Shown here: positions 9,224-18,686 of the stretch, piece by piece
Layout: each line of letters begins with the position of its first letter
Numbering within the stretch: the stretch's first letter is position 1
Assembly: GCA_947625355.1 (NCBI GenBank)
Contig: CANQOA010000004.1
Location: 15,262-79,261 of the forward strand
Length of the DNA stretch: 64,000 nt
Source: an uncultured Oscillospiraceae bacterium
GTDB taxonomy: Bacteria > Bacillota > Clostridia > Oscillospirales > Oscillospiraceae
Direction: 5' to 3'
Translations under genes and position numbers: made by a program
Notes under the pieces: generated by a model
The model's database searches: none
What the model was told of the DNA's origin: nothing
The model's input: the letters and a program-made list of their open reading frames with translations, nothing else

Positions 9224-11377
9224 ATGGAGCTGCGGGAGAACACCGCGAAGCTCAAGGAATACCGGGCCAAGGCCAGGGCCCTGGTGGCGCAGATGACCTT
9301 GGAGGAGAAGATCTTCCAGATGCTCTACAACGCCCCGGCCATCCCCCGGCTGGGCATCCCGGCCTATAACTGGTGGAACGAGGCGCTGCACGGCGTGGCC
9401 CGGGCGGGGACGGCCACGGTGTTCCCCCAGGCCATCGGCCTGGCCGCCTCCTTTGACGAGGAGCTGATGGAGCGGGTGGGCGACGCCATCTCCACCGAGG
9501 CCCGGGCCAAGTTCAACGCCCAGCGGGCCCACGGCGACCGGGACATCTACAAGGGCCTGACCATGTGGTCGCCCAACATCAACATCTTCCGGGATCCCCG
9601 CTGGGGCCGGGGCCACGAGACCTACGGCGAGGACCCCTGGCTCACGGGCCGGATGGGCGTGGGCTTCGTGCGGGGCATGCAGGGCCACGATCCCAACTTC
9701 CTCAAGACGGCCGCCTGCGCCAAGCACTTCGCCGTCCACTCCGGGCCGGAGGCGCTGCGCCATGAGTTCGACGCCGCGGTGTCCAAAAAGGACCTCTTCG
9801 AGACCTATCTGCCCGCCTTCCAGGCCCTGGTGCAGGAGGCGGGGGTGGAGGCAGTGATGGGCGCCTATAACTGCGTCAACGGGGAGCCCTGCTGCGGCAG
9901 CAAGACGCTGCTGCGGGATATCCTCCGGGATCGGTGGGGCTTTGCCGGGCACGTGGTGTCCGACTGCTGGGCCGTGCAGGACTTCCACACGGGCCACCGG
10001 GTGACCGCCAACGCGGCGGAGTCGGCGGCGCTGGCGGTGTCCAACGGCTGCGACGTCAATTGCGGCGTCAGCTTTATGCACCTGCTGCCGGCGGTGCGCC
10101 AGGGCAAGGTGACCGAGGCGGCCATCGACGAGGCGTGTGTGCGGCTGTTCACCACCCGGATGAAGCTGGGACTTTTGGAGCCGGCGGGCGCGTCGCCCTA
10201 TGACGCCATCTCCTATACGGCCGTGGACAGCCCCGCCATGCGGGAGCTGAACCTCCAGGCGGCGAAAAAGACGCTGGTGCTGCTGAAAAACGAGGGCGGC
10301 CTGCTGCCCCTGGACAAGTCCAAGCTCAAGACTGTGGCCGTCGTCGGCCCCAACGCCAACAACCGCCGGGCGCTGATCGGCAACTATGAGGGCACAGCCT
10401 CCCGGTACATCACGGTCCTGGAGGGTATCCAGGACTACCTGGGGGACGGCGTGCGGGTGCTGTACTCCGAGGGGTGCCATCTTTATAAGCCGAGCATGAC
10501 CGGTCTGAGCCAGCCGGACGACCGGCGCGCGGAGGTGCAGGCCATCTGCGGCGAGAGCGATGTGGTGATCGTCTGTCTGGGCCTGGACCCCAGCCTGGAG
10601 GGCGAAGAGGGGGACGAGGGCAACGAGTTCGCCAGCGGCGACCGGGAGAGCCTGGATCTGCCCGGCATGCAGCAAACGCTGCTGGAGACGGTCTGCGCCA
10701 GCGGCAAGCCGATGGTGCTGGTCCTCCAGTCCGGCAGCGCCCTGGCCGTCAACTGGGCGGCGGAGCATGTGCCGGCGATCCTCCAGTGCTGGTATCCCGG
10801 CGCCCAGGGCGGCCGGGCCGTGGCGGAGACGCTCTTCGGCGAATGCTCCCCCGAGGGCAGGCTGCCCGTGACGTTCTACCGCTCTTTGGAGCAGCTGCCG
10901 CCCTTCACGGATTACGCCATGGCGGGGCGGACGTACCGCTATATGACGGAAGAGCCCCTCTATCCTTTCGGCTACGGGCTGTCCTACACCACCTTTGCGG
11001 TCACGGACGCGGCTGCGTCCGAGGACGCGGTCACGGAGCGGGGCGTGGACGTGCGCTGCACGGTGAAAAACACCGGCGGACGCGCCTCCGGGACGGCGGT
11101 GCAGGTGTACGTGAAGGCTGAGCGGCCCGGCACGCCCAACGCCCAGCTGAAGGGGCTGAAAAAACTGACCCTGGCGCCGGGCGAGGCGGCGGAGGTGACC
11201 ATCCACCTCCCGGCGTCTGCTTTTTCCCTGTGCGATGAAAACGGCGACCGGCAGGTGGGAGCGGGACGCTACAGCGTGTTCGTCGGCCTCTCCCAGCCGG
11301 ACAGCCGCAGCCGCGCGCTGACGGGCTGCGCGCCGGAGCGCGTCCAGCTGCGGTGCGAGCGTCCGTTTTCCCTGTAG
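9224..11377 (+). CDS. GH3 glycoside hydrolase (beta-glucosidase/beta-xylosidase type)
   Basis: 717 aa. The N-terminus MTLEEKIFQML...IPRLGIPAYNWWNEALHGVA, together with GHVVSDCWA and GFAGHV blocks, is typical of GH3. The ATG lies 2 nt after the lacZ-like stop. Confidence 0.85.
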   Translation: MELRENTAKLKEYRAKARALVAQMTLEEKIFQMLYNAPAIPRLGIPAYNWWNEALHGVARAGTATVFPQAIGLAASFDEELMERVGDAISTEARAKFNAQRAHGDRDIYKGLTMWSPNINIFRDPRWGRGHETYGEDPWLTGRMGVGFVRGMQGHDPNFLKTAACAKHFAVHSGPEALRHEFDAAVSKKDLFETYLPAFQALVQEAGVEAVMGAYNCVNGEPCCGSKTLLRDILRDRWGFAGHVVSDCWAVQDFHTGHRVTANAAESAALAVSNGCDVNCGVSFMHLLPAVRQGKVTEAAIDEACVRLFTTRMKLGLLEPAGASPYDAISYTAVDSPAMRELNLQAAKKTLVLLKNEGGLLPLDKSKLKTVAVVGPNANNRRALIGNYEGTASRYITVLEGIQDYLGDGVRVLYSEGCHLYKPSMTGLSQPDDRRAEVQAICGESDVVIVCLGLDPSLEGEEGDEGNEFASGDRESLDLPGMQQTLLETVCASGKPMVLVLQSGSALAVNWAAEHVPAILQCWYPGAQGGRAVAETLFGECSPEGRLPVTFYRSLEQLPPFTDYAMAGRTYRYMTEEPLYPFGYGLSYTTFAVTDAAASEDAVTERGVDVRCTVKNTGGRASGTAVQVYVKAERPGTPNAQLKGLKKLTLAPGEAAEVTIHLPASAFSLCDENGDRQVGAGRYSVFVGLSQPDSRSRALTGCAPERVQLRCERPFSL

Positions 11378-11405
11378 AGACTCAGCGGGGGGGGGGAGTC
11401 CCCAT

Positions 11406-11449
11406 CCAACAGAAAAAAGGACCGGAAGATCCGGTCCTTTTTCTGTTGG
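11406..11449. terminator. Bidirectional intrinsic terminator between convergent genes
   Basis: CCAACAGAAAAAAGGACCGG-AAGAT-CCGGTCCTTTTTCTGTTGG, a roughly 19-bp stem with A/T runs on both sides. Confidence 0.75.
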
Positions 11450-11460
11450 GAAAGCGGGTG

Positions 11461-13122
11461 TTATTTGAAGAATCCGCCGATCAGGTCACTGACGATGTTG
11501 CCGGCGAATTGGCCGGCGGCGTTGCGGACGGTCTTGCTGGAATTGCCCAGCAGGCCGCGGGTGATGTTTTTGGTCAGCTGGCGGCCCATGCTCTTGGCGG
11601 TGTTGCGGCTGGCCTTGATGAGACTCTGCTCCATCTTGGTGCGGCCGTATTTGTCCCGGCCCTCGGCCTTATACTGGGCCTGGAGCGCCTTTTCCTCGGC
11701 CCGGCGCTCCCGTTCCTCCTCCCGGGCGGCCCGTTCGGCGGCCTTCTGTTCGGCGAGGGCGGCCTTCTCCGCGGCTTTTTGCTCGGCCTCGGCCTGCTTT
11801 TCCGCCTCGATCTCCGCCTGCTGGGCGGCCTGGGCCTGGGCCTGCTCGGTCAGGATCTCATAGGCGGAGCGGTCGTCCACGGCCTGGCTGTATTTGCCGT
11901 AAAGGGCGTCATTGACCACCAGCATGGCCCTGGCGGCGGCGTCCAAGGCGTTCAGAGAGCTCTGGGGCGGGCAGATGGTGGCCTGCTCCACGACGCCGGG
12001 CACGCCGTCGGCGTCCAGCATGGACACTAGCGCCACGCCTGTGCCCATGGCGCCGATGGCGTCCTCGGTCTTGAACTTGGGGTTGGGCCGGAAGCTCTGG
12101 GCGGCGGCCCGGACGGCTTTCTGCTCCGCGGGGGTATAGGCCCGCAGGGCGTGCTGGATGCGGTTGTTGAGCTGGGCCAGCACCTCGTCGGGGATGTCGG
12201 AGGGGGTCTGGGTGATGAAGAAGATGCCCACGCCCTTGCTGCGGATGAGCTTGACCACCTGGACCACCTTGTCCACCAGGGCCTTGGGGGCGCCGGAGAA
12301 GAGCAGGTGGGCCTCGTCGAAGAAGAACACCAGCTTGGGCTTGTCCTGGTCGCCCACCTCCGGCAGGCTCTCGAACAGCTCCGACAGCATCCACAGCATG
12401 AATGTGGCGTACAGCAGCGGCCGCTGGGCAAGCTCCACGCAGTGCAGGATGTTCACCGTGCCCCGGCCGTCGGCGGCCTGGGTCAGCCAGTCGGCGATCT
12501 CCAGGTCCGGCTCGCCGAAGAAATCCGCGGCCCCGTCGTTCTCCAAGGCCAGCAGCGCCCGCTGGATGGCGCCCACGCTCTGGCTGGAGACGTTGCCGTA
12601 GGTGTTGACGAAATCGGCCCGATGCTCCCCCAGCCAGGCCAGCATGGCCCGCAGGTCCTTCAGGTCGATCAGCTCCCAGCCGTTGTCGTCGGCCACCCGG
12701 AAGGCGATGTTCAGCACGCCCTCCTGGGCGTCGGTCAGGTCCAGCAGCCGGCTGAGCAGCACCGGCCCCACGTCGGTGACCGTGGCCCGGACGGGGATGC
12801 CGCCCTTGCCGAACACGTCCCAGAACCGGCAGGGATACCCGCCGTACCGGACGGCGGCCGGGTCCACGCCCACGGCCTGGAGCCGCTCTTGCATCTTTTC
12901 GCTGTCCGCGCCCGCCAGGGCGGTGCCGGACACGTCGCCCTTGATGTCCGCCAGGAACACGGGCACGCCCATGTCGGAAAAGCCCTCGGCCAGCACCTTC
13001 AGGGTGACGGTCTTGCCGGTGCCGGTGGCGCCGGCGATGAGGCCGTGGCGGTTGGCCATGCCCGGCAGCAGATATACGGGATCTTCACCTTTTCCTATGA
13101 GGATCTTGTTGTCTTGCAGCAT
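11461..13122 (-). CDS. DUF853 / HerA-like (YjgR-type) P-loop ATPase
   Basis: Walker A GATGTGKT, FFFDEAHLLF Walker B-like block, and a C-terminal KAE-rich coiled coil followed by a basic/amphipathic tail. I prefer the ATG at 13122 (AGGGGGA SD) over the TTG at 13152. Confidence 0.8.
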   Translation of the reverse strand: MLQDNKILIGKGEDPVYLLPGMANRHGLIAGATGTGKTVTLKVLAEGFSDMGVPVFLADIKGDVSGTALAGADSEKMQERLQAVGVDPAAVRYGGYPCRFWDVFGKGGIPVRATVTDVGPVLLSRLLDLTDAQEGVLNIAFRVADDNGWELIDLKDLRAMLAWLGEHRADFVNTYGNVSSQSVGAIQRALLALENDGAADFFGEPDLEIADWLTQAADGRGTVNILHCVELAQRPLLYATFMLWMLSELFESLPEVGDQDKPKLVFFFDEAHLLFSGAPKALVDKVVQVVKLIRSKGVGIFFITQTPSDIPDEVLAQLNNRIQHALRAYTPAEQKAVRAAAQSFRPNPKFKTEDAIGAMGTGVALVSMLDADGVPGVVEQATICPPQSSLNALDAAARAMLVVNDALYGKYSQAVDDRSAYEILTEQAQAQAAQQAEIEAEKQAEAEQKAAEKAALAEQKAAERAAREEERERRAEEKALQAQYKAEGRDKYGRTKMEQSLIKASRNTAKSMGRQLTKNITRGLLGNSSKTVRNAAGQFAGNIVSDLIGGFFK

Positions 13123-13232
13123 AACGGGTCCCCCTACGATTCGTTTTTTCAATCATACCATATCGGACGAAAAAAGAAAAGGCCAGGAGGGAAGCGCTCC
13201 ATAAAGAGATCGCCTCGCCCCCGGCCGTTCTC

Positions 13233-14183
13233 TCACGCCGCGCCGCCCAGCACTCGCAGCCAGTTGCCCCAAAAGATGTCCTCCAGAAGCTCCCGGCCGT
13301 AGCCCCGGGACGCCAGGGCGTCCCACAGCTGCGGCAGGTCCTGCACGCCCTTCCAGCCGGCGAAGGGCCCGCACCCGTCCCAGTCGCCCCCCAGGGCCAC
13401 GGTCTTTTCCCCGCCCAGCTCCAGAAAATGCTCGATGTGGCGCACCCCGTCCTCCAGAGAACAGGCCCCGCCGATGAACTCGTCGCACACGTTGAAGCCA
13501 ACCGCGCCGCCGCTCGCCCGGATGGCGCGGAACATGTCGTCCGTCAGGTTCCGTGGGTGGCCGCACAGGGCCCGGGCGTTGGAATGGGAGGCCGCAATGG
13601 GCCCCAGGCCCATCTCCGCCAGGTCCCAGAAGCCCGGGTCGGACAGGTGGGACACATCCATCAAAATGCCCAGCCGGGCCGCCTCCCGTGCAAAAGCCCG
13701 GCCCCGGTCGGTGAGCCCCCTGTCCGCGTCCTCCACGTTGGAGCCGGACAGGGCGTTTTTGTAGTTCCAGGTGATATTGATGAGCTTCACGCCCCAGGCG
13801 GCGGCCGTCTCCAGCCTTTCCGGGTCGCAGCCCAAGAGCTCCGCCCCCTCGACGCTGAGCAGCGCGGCCACCTTGCCGGCGGCGTTCGCCCCGGCGATGT
13901 CCGCCCCCGTGCGGCACTGGATGGCCAGGTCGGCGCTTTTTGCCAGCTCCGCGCAAAACACCTCGCGCTGCTTCCGGCACTCGTCCCAGAGCGTCCCCTC
14001 CGGAAACCCGGCGGCGGGGGCGAAGATGGCGAACACCTGGGCCGCCTTTTGAAACCGGCCCAGCCGGACAAGGTCCAGCTGGCCCCTGCTCTCCCGCAGG
14101 GACCAGCCCTGATGGGCGCACCTGCTGACGGTGTCGCAGTGTGCGTCAAAATAGGGGATGGCCCCCGGCGCCGTGTGTTTCAT
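13233..14183 (-). CDS. M19 family membrane/renal-type dipeptidase
   Basis: Trimmed to MKHTAPGAIPYFDAHCDT... (GGGAGGG SD). It has the DAHCD metal motif near the N-terminus and HSNARALCGHPRNLTD and GGDWDG blocks. Confidence 0.8.
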   Translation of the reverse strand: MKHTAPGAIPYFDAHCDTVSRCAHQGWSLRESRGQLDLVRLGRFQKAAQVFAIFAPAAGFPEGTLWDECRKQREVFCAELAKSADLAIQCRTGADIAGANAAGKVAALLSVEGAELLGCDPERLETAAAWGVKLINITWNYKNALSGSNVEDADRGLTDRGRAFAREAARLGILMDVSHLSDPGFWDLAEMGLGPIAASHSNARALCGHPRNLTDDMFRAIRASGGAVGFNVCDEFIGGACSLEDGVRHIEHFLELGGEKTVALGGDWDGCGPFAGWKGVQDLPQLWDALASRGYGRELLEDIFWGNWLRVLGGAA

Positions 14184-14217
14184 GCTCTCGCCCTCCCGCG
14201 CAGATGCTCTTTCCAGC

Positions 14218-14246
14218 AGTATATGCCCGGCGGCGGCCGCTGTCAA
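14218..14246 (-). promoter_or_regulatory. Sigma-A-type promoter for the dipeptidase gene (TTGACA-17-TATACT on the minus strand)
   Basis: Plus-strand tgtcaa at 14241-14246 and agtata at 14218-14223, with a 17-nt spacer. Confidence 0.5.
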
Positions 14247-14449
14247 CCGGCGGCGGGAGGGGAACGATTGGTGGATGGATTCCAAAAAATTGGAAAAGAT
14301 TTGTGTAAATTTTCTGTGTAAGGAAAATAACAAAGCCCTTCCATTTAGTGGGAGCCTTTGTTATAATGCACATAGAAGATCATCACGCTCGTGCTGCGAT
14401 ATAGACGAAACAGGACAAAAAAACATGCCAACCAGGCAGGGGGTAATGT

Positions 14450-15412
14450 ATGATTTCACACGGGAAAGAGATCAAAGTCTTCTCCGGGAACGCCAATCGG
14501 CCGCTGGCGCAGGGGATCTGCGACAATCTGAACATCTCGCTGGGCGACGCCGTCTGCACCCGCTTTGCGGACGGGGAGTGCTCCGTATCGGTATACGAGC
14601 CGGTACGCGGCGCGGATGTGTTTCTGGTCCAGTCCACCTGCGGACCGGTCAACGACAACCTGATGGAGCTGCTGGTCATGATCGACGCCATGCGCCGGGC
14701 CTCCGCCGGACGCATCACGGCGGTGATGCCCTATTTCGGCTACGCCCGTCAGGACCGGAAAGCCAAGAGCCGCGATCCCATCTCCGCGAAGCTGGTCGCC
14801 AACCTGATCACCGGGGCCGGGGCCGACCGGGTCCTGACCATGGACCTGCACGCCCCCCAGATCCAGGGCTTTTTCGACATCGCCGTGGACAACCTGGCCG
14901 GCGGCCCCCTGTTCGCCAACCACTATAAAAAGCGCTTCGATCTCTCCAAGGGGGACTTCATGGTGGTCTCCCCGGACGTGGGCAGCGTGGCCCGCGCCCG
15001 CACCTTCGCCATGAAGCTGGGCCTGGACCTGGCCATCGTGGACAAGCGCCGGGAGAGAGCCAACCAGTCCGAGGTCATGAACATCATCGGCAACGTGGAG
15101 GGCAAGAACGTCCTCATCCTGGACGATATGGTGGATACCGCCGGCTCCCTGGTGGGGGCGGCCAAGGCCATCAAGCACATAGGCGGCGCCAATAAGGTCT
15201 ATGCCTGCGCCAGCCACGGGATCCTGTCCGGTCCCGCCCTGGAGCGCATCGAGGCCAGCGACCTGGAGGAGCTGCTGCTGTTCGACACCATCCCCTATCC
15301 CGAGGGGAAGCCCCAGGTGGAGAAGATCCGGTATCTCTCCGCGGCGCCCATCTTCGCCGCGTCCATCCACCGCATCTATGAGGACGAGTCTTTGGCGTCC
15401 CTGTTCGACTGA
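14450..15412 (+). CDS. prs: Ribose-phosphate pyrophosphokinase
   Basis: 320 aa with canonical PRPP synthetase blocks (VMPYFGYARQDRK, DLHAPQIQGFF, ILDDMVDTAGS). Confidence 0.95.
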   Translation: MISHGKEIKVFSGNANRPLAQGICDNLNISLGDAVCTRFADGECSVSVYEPVRGADVFLVQSTCGPVNDNLMELLVMIDAMRRASAGRITAVMPYFGYARQDRKAKSRDPISAKLVANLITGAGADRVLTMDLHAPQIQGFFDIAVDNLAGGPLFANHYKKRFDLSKGDFMVVSPDVGSVARARTFAMKLGLDLAIVDKRRERANQSEVMNIIGNVEGKNVLILDDMVDTAGSLVGAAKAIKHIGGANKVYACASHGILSGPALERIEASDLEELLLFDTIPYPEGKPQVEKIRYLSAAPIFAASIHRIYEDESLASLFD

Positions 15413-16005
15413 TGTTCGGCAGGAGCGGCCCGGTCCAATGGCTGGCGGTGTTTTTGGGCAACCCCGGCCCCCGGTATAACGGCACCCGCCACAATGCCGG
15501 CTTTCTGGCGGCGGACGCCCTGGCAAAGGAACAGGGCCTGAAGGTGGACCGGCTGCGGTTCCGGGCGCTGACGGGCCGGCTGGACCTGGACGGGGTCGGG
15601 GTGCTGGTGATGAAGCCCCAGACCTATATGAACGAGTCCGGCCAGGCCGTGGGCCAGGCGGCGCGGTTTTATAAGCTGCCGCCGGAGCGCGTGCTGGTGG
15701 TCTCGGACGACATCAACCTCCCCTGCGGCCGTCTGCGGGTGCGCCCGAAGGGCTCCGCCGGGGGCCACAACGGCCTGAAAAGCGTCATCGCTCATCTGGG
15801 CAGCGAGGATTTCCCCCGCATCCGCATCGGCGTGGGGGCCCCGCCCCATGGCGGCGACGAGCAGATCGACTGGGTGCTGGGCGTGCCGAAAAACGCCGAC
15901 TGGGACGCGTTCGACGGCGCGTGCAAGCGGGCCGCCAAGGCCGTGGAGACCTATATCCTATCGGGCCCGGAGCGGGCCATGGAGCTGTATAACGGGCAGC
16001 CGTGA
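15412..16005 (+). CDS. pth: Peptidyl-tRNA hydrolase
   Basis: LGNPGPRYNGTRHNAGF and GGHNGLKS motifs. The start overlaps the prs stop. Confidence 0.9.
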   Translation: MFGRSGPVQWLAVFLGNPGPRYNGTRHNAGFLAADALAKEQGLKVDRLRFRALTGRLDLDGVGVLVMKPQTYMNESGQAVGQAARFYKLPPERVLVVSDDINLPCGRLRVRPKGSAGGHNGLKSVIAHLGSEDFPRIRIGVGAPPHGGDEQIDWVLGVPKNADWDAFDGACKRAAKAVETYILSGPERAMELYNGQP

Positions 16006-16081
16006 GCTTTCTGCGGCGGCCGCTGATCCTGTATCCCAAGCGCTTCGGCGGAGCGCAATTGATATATAAGGAGGCTCGTCA

Positions 16082-17278
16082 GTGAAAAAAGAATGCATTG
16101 CCATGCTTCTCGCGGGCGGCCAGGGCTCCCGGCTGTACGCTCTGACCGCGGACGTGGCAAAGCCAAATCTGCCCTTCGGGGGCAAGTACCGCATCATTGA
16201 TTTCCCCCTGTCCAACTGTGCCAACTCCGGCATCGACACCGTGGGCGTGCTGACCCAGTACCGGCCCATGAAGCTCAACGCCTATCTGGGCACCGGCCAG
16301 CCCTGGGACCTGAGCGCGGACGACGGCGGCGTGTTCATCCTGCCGCCCTATATGTCCGCGGGAGAGAAGGGGAACTGGTTCTCCGGCACGGCCAACGCCA
16401 TCTACCAGAACCTGGACTTCATCGACATGCGCGACCCGGAATATGTGCTGATCCTGTCCGGCGATCATATCTATAAGATGGATTACGCCGACATGCTCCG
16501 GGAGCACAAGGAAAAAGGCGCCGCCTGCACCATCGCGGTCATCCAGGTCAGCATGGCCGAGGCCAAGCGCTTCGGCATCATGAACGTGGGCGAGGACGGC
16601 TACATCAACGAGTTCGAGGAGAAGCCCGCCCATCCCAAGAGCGACCTGGCCTCCATGGGCATCTACATCTTCACCTGGAAGAAGCTGCGGCAGGCGCTCG
16701 TGGAGGACGAGGCCGATCCCAACAGCCAGCGGGACTTCGGCAAGAACATCATCCCCCGGCTCCTGAACGGCGGGGAGAAGATCTGGCCCTACCGCTTCCA
16801 GGGCTATTGGCGCGACGTGGGCACCATCACCAGCCTCTGGGACGCCAACATGGATATGCTGTCCCCGGAGCTGATCGACCTCTATGACAGCAGCTGGCCC
16901 ATCATGAGCCGCAGCCCCATCCGGCCGCCCCATGTGGTGGGACCGGAAGCGGACGTGCGCCACAGCATCGTGACCGAGGGCTGCGTGGTGGACGGATCGG
17001 TCTTTAACAGCGTGCTGTCCAACCAGGTGACGGTGGAAAAGGGCGCCCATGTGGAATACAGCGTCCTGATGCCCGGCGCCTATGTGGAGGCCGGCGCGGA
17101 GGTGCGCTTCGCCATTCTGGGCGAGAACGTCCGGGTGTGCAAGGGCGCCCATGTGGGCACGGAGCCGGACGGGACGGATAGCTGGGGCGTAGCGACCTGC
17201 GGCCCGGATGTGACTGTTGGCCCCGGCGCGATGGTCGCGCCCGGCGCCATGCTCTATGATGATTTGGTGGCGACATGA
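16082..17278 (+). CDS. glgC: Glucose-1-phosphate adenylyltransferase catalytic subunit
   Basis: [35 protein letters not shown] start preceded by AAGGAGG. Confidence 0.9.
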   Translation: MKKECIAMLLAGGQGSRLYALTADVAKPNLPFGGKYRIIDFPLSNCANSGIDTVGVLTQYRPMKLNAYLGTGQPWDLSADDGGVFILPPYMSAGEKGNWFSGTANAIYQNLDFIDMRDPEYVLILSGDHIYKMDYADMLREHKEKGAACTIAVIQVSMAEAKRFGIMNVGEDGYINEFEEKPAHPKSDLASMGIYIFTWKKLRQALVEDEADPNSQRDFGKNIIPRLLNGGEKIWPYRFQGYWRDVGTITSLWDANMDMLSPELIDLYDSSWPIMSRSPIRPPHVVGPEADVRHSIVTEGCVVDGSVFNSVLSNQVTVEKGAHVEYSVLMPGAYVEAGAEVRFAILGENVRVCKGAHVGTEPDGTDSWGVATCGPDVTVGPGAMVAPGAMLYDDLVAT

Positions 17279-18393
17279 GAAACGATCTGCACGGAATTAT
17301 TTATACGCTCCACTCCGAGCTTGCGCTGCGGGAGCTCGTAGAGCACAGGAACAGCGCTTCCATCCCCTTCGGCGGGCGGTATCGCCTGATCGACTTTGCC
17401 CTGTCCATGATGGTCAACGCCGGCATCCATGATGTGGGCGTGATCATGGAGCGGGACTACCAGAGCCTGTTGGACCACCTGTCCAACGGCGCCGACTGGG
17501 GCCTGGCCCGCCACCGCGGCGGCCTGCGCCTGCTGCCGCCATTCGGGCTGCGGGAGGCCCATTCCGGCCACTTCAACGGCTGCATGGAGGCCCTGCGCTC
17601 CGTCAGCTCTTACATCCGCGATATCCCCCAGGAGAATGTGGTGCTGTGCGCCGCCGACTGGGTGGGCAACATCGACCTGGACAAGGCGGTGGATGTGCAT
17701 ATGCGGACCGGCGCGGATATCACCGCCGTCTGCTCCGAGGGCTTCGGCCCCTTCCCCCATCACCGGCTGGTGCCGGATGGGGACGGCTTTGCCCGGACGC
17801 TGCTGTTTTCCGAGGGCGGCCCCGGACCGGGCCTGTTCTCCCGGGAGATCTACATCCTCAAGCGGGACTTCCTGCTGGAGCTGATGGACTATTGTTCCGA
17901 CGCGGTCCACAACCACTTCCACCGGGATGCCCTGGCCAACTATCTGGCCAAGGGCGGCAAGATCGCCGTTTATGAGCACAACCGGTATGCCCGGCGCATC
18001 ACCAGCGTCCAGGACTATTTTGACGCGAGCATGGAGCTGTTCCAGCCCGAGATGATGGCGGAGCTGTTCCCCGCGGACGGGCTGCCCATCCGGACCAAGG
18101 AGCGGGCCGAGGTCAGCACCTATTACAGCGACGCGGCCAAGGTCCGGTCCTCCCTGGTGGCCGACGGCTGCTATGTGGAGGGCGAGCTGGATCACTGCAT
18201 CCTTTTCCGCGGCGTCCGGGTGGAAAAGGGCGCGAAGCTGAAAAACTGCATCATCATGCAGGACACCGTCATCAAGGAGAATGCCAGCCTCAACAGCGTC
18301 ATCTCCGACAAGGACTGCGTTGTCACGGAGGGCTGTGTCCTGTCCGGGACGAACCGGCTGCCTTTGGTGATCCCCAAAGGGGAGCACGTATAA
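17275..18393 (+). CDS. glgD: Glucose-1-phosphate adenylyltransferase regulatory subunit GlgD
   Basis: Paralogue of GlgC without the GGxGxRL loop ([22 protein letters not shown]). Its start overlaps glgC by 4 nt. Confidence 0.85.
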   Translation: MRNDLHGIIYTLHSELALRELVEHRNSASIPFGGRYRLIDFALSMMVNAGIHDVGVIMERDYQSLLDHLSNGADWGLARHRGGLRLLPPFGLREAHSGHFNGCMEALRSVSSYIRDIPQENVVLCAADWVGNIDLDKAVDVHMRTGADITAVCSEGFGPFPHHRLVPDGDGFARTLLFSEGGPGPGLFSREIYILKRDFLLELMDYCSDAVHNHFHRDALANYLAKGGKIAVYEHNRYARRITSVQDYFDASMELFQPEMMAELFPADGLPIRTKERAEVSTYYSDAAKVRSSLVADGCYVEGELDHCILFRGVRVEKGAKLKNCIIMQDTVIKENASLNSVISDKDCVVTEGCVLSGTNRLPLVIPKGEHV

Positions 18394-18419
18394 TAGCGGC
18401 AAAGCCGCTATTATACAAA

Positions 18420-18636
18420 CCGCGACGGGTCTTTTTGCGTCATGCGTCGTCGGACGGCTTGGAAATACACAAAGTATTCCCTGCGCCGTCCTTCTCGCCT
18501 GACGCAAAAATCCCTCGCCGCGGGGCGGGTCACTTCCCGCCATGCGTCGCCTGACGGAAAGACCCCTCGCCGCCGGGCGCGTCATCCAATGAATTTTTGC
18601 CCCCGCCCTGCGGGAGTACCCGCCGGACGGGGGCAA
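18420..18636. repeat. Repeat-rich structured spacer between glgD and glgP
   Basis: Three copies of a roughly 24-nt motif at 18420-18442 (inverted), 18500-18523 and 18552-18576. There is also a duplicated CATGCGTCGyCkGACGG and two further hairpins. See the finding. Confidence 0.6.
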
Positions 18637-18686
18637 GACTTGTCATTTTAACTTGCAATCTTATCTTCATAAGGAGATTTTTATAT

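Noticed and set aside
11387-11396. A homopolymeric G10 tract just downstream of the GH3 stop codon, considered as a phase-variation slip site.
   Set aside because: It lies in a 3' UTR, not in a coding region or a promoter spacer, so length changes would have no obvious on/off consequence. It may also be prone to sequencing or assembly error.
11461-13122. The HerA-like/DUF853 ATPase as the core of a defence system, by analogy with HerA-NurA, Sir2-HerA or DUF4297-HerA systems.
   Set aside because: No partner nuclease, Sir2 or other effector gene is adjacent. The gene is flanked by a bidirectional terminator on one side and a housekeeping dipeptidase on the other. DUF853/YjgR-type proteins commonly occur as solitary genes.
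14158-14928. A 256-aa plus-strand ORF spanning the AT-rich dipeptidase/prs intergenic region and running into prs out of frame.
   Set aside because: It has no SD and its translation is of low complexity. It overlaps the dipeptidase promoter region and the well-supported prs gene, so it is a compositional artefact.
18420-18576. The repeats in the glgD-glgP spacer as a degenerate CRISPR array.
   Set aside because: There are only three imperfect copies, one of them inverted. Spacing is irregular, there are no cas genes, and the copies pair into a hairpin. I report it instead as a structured repeat element.
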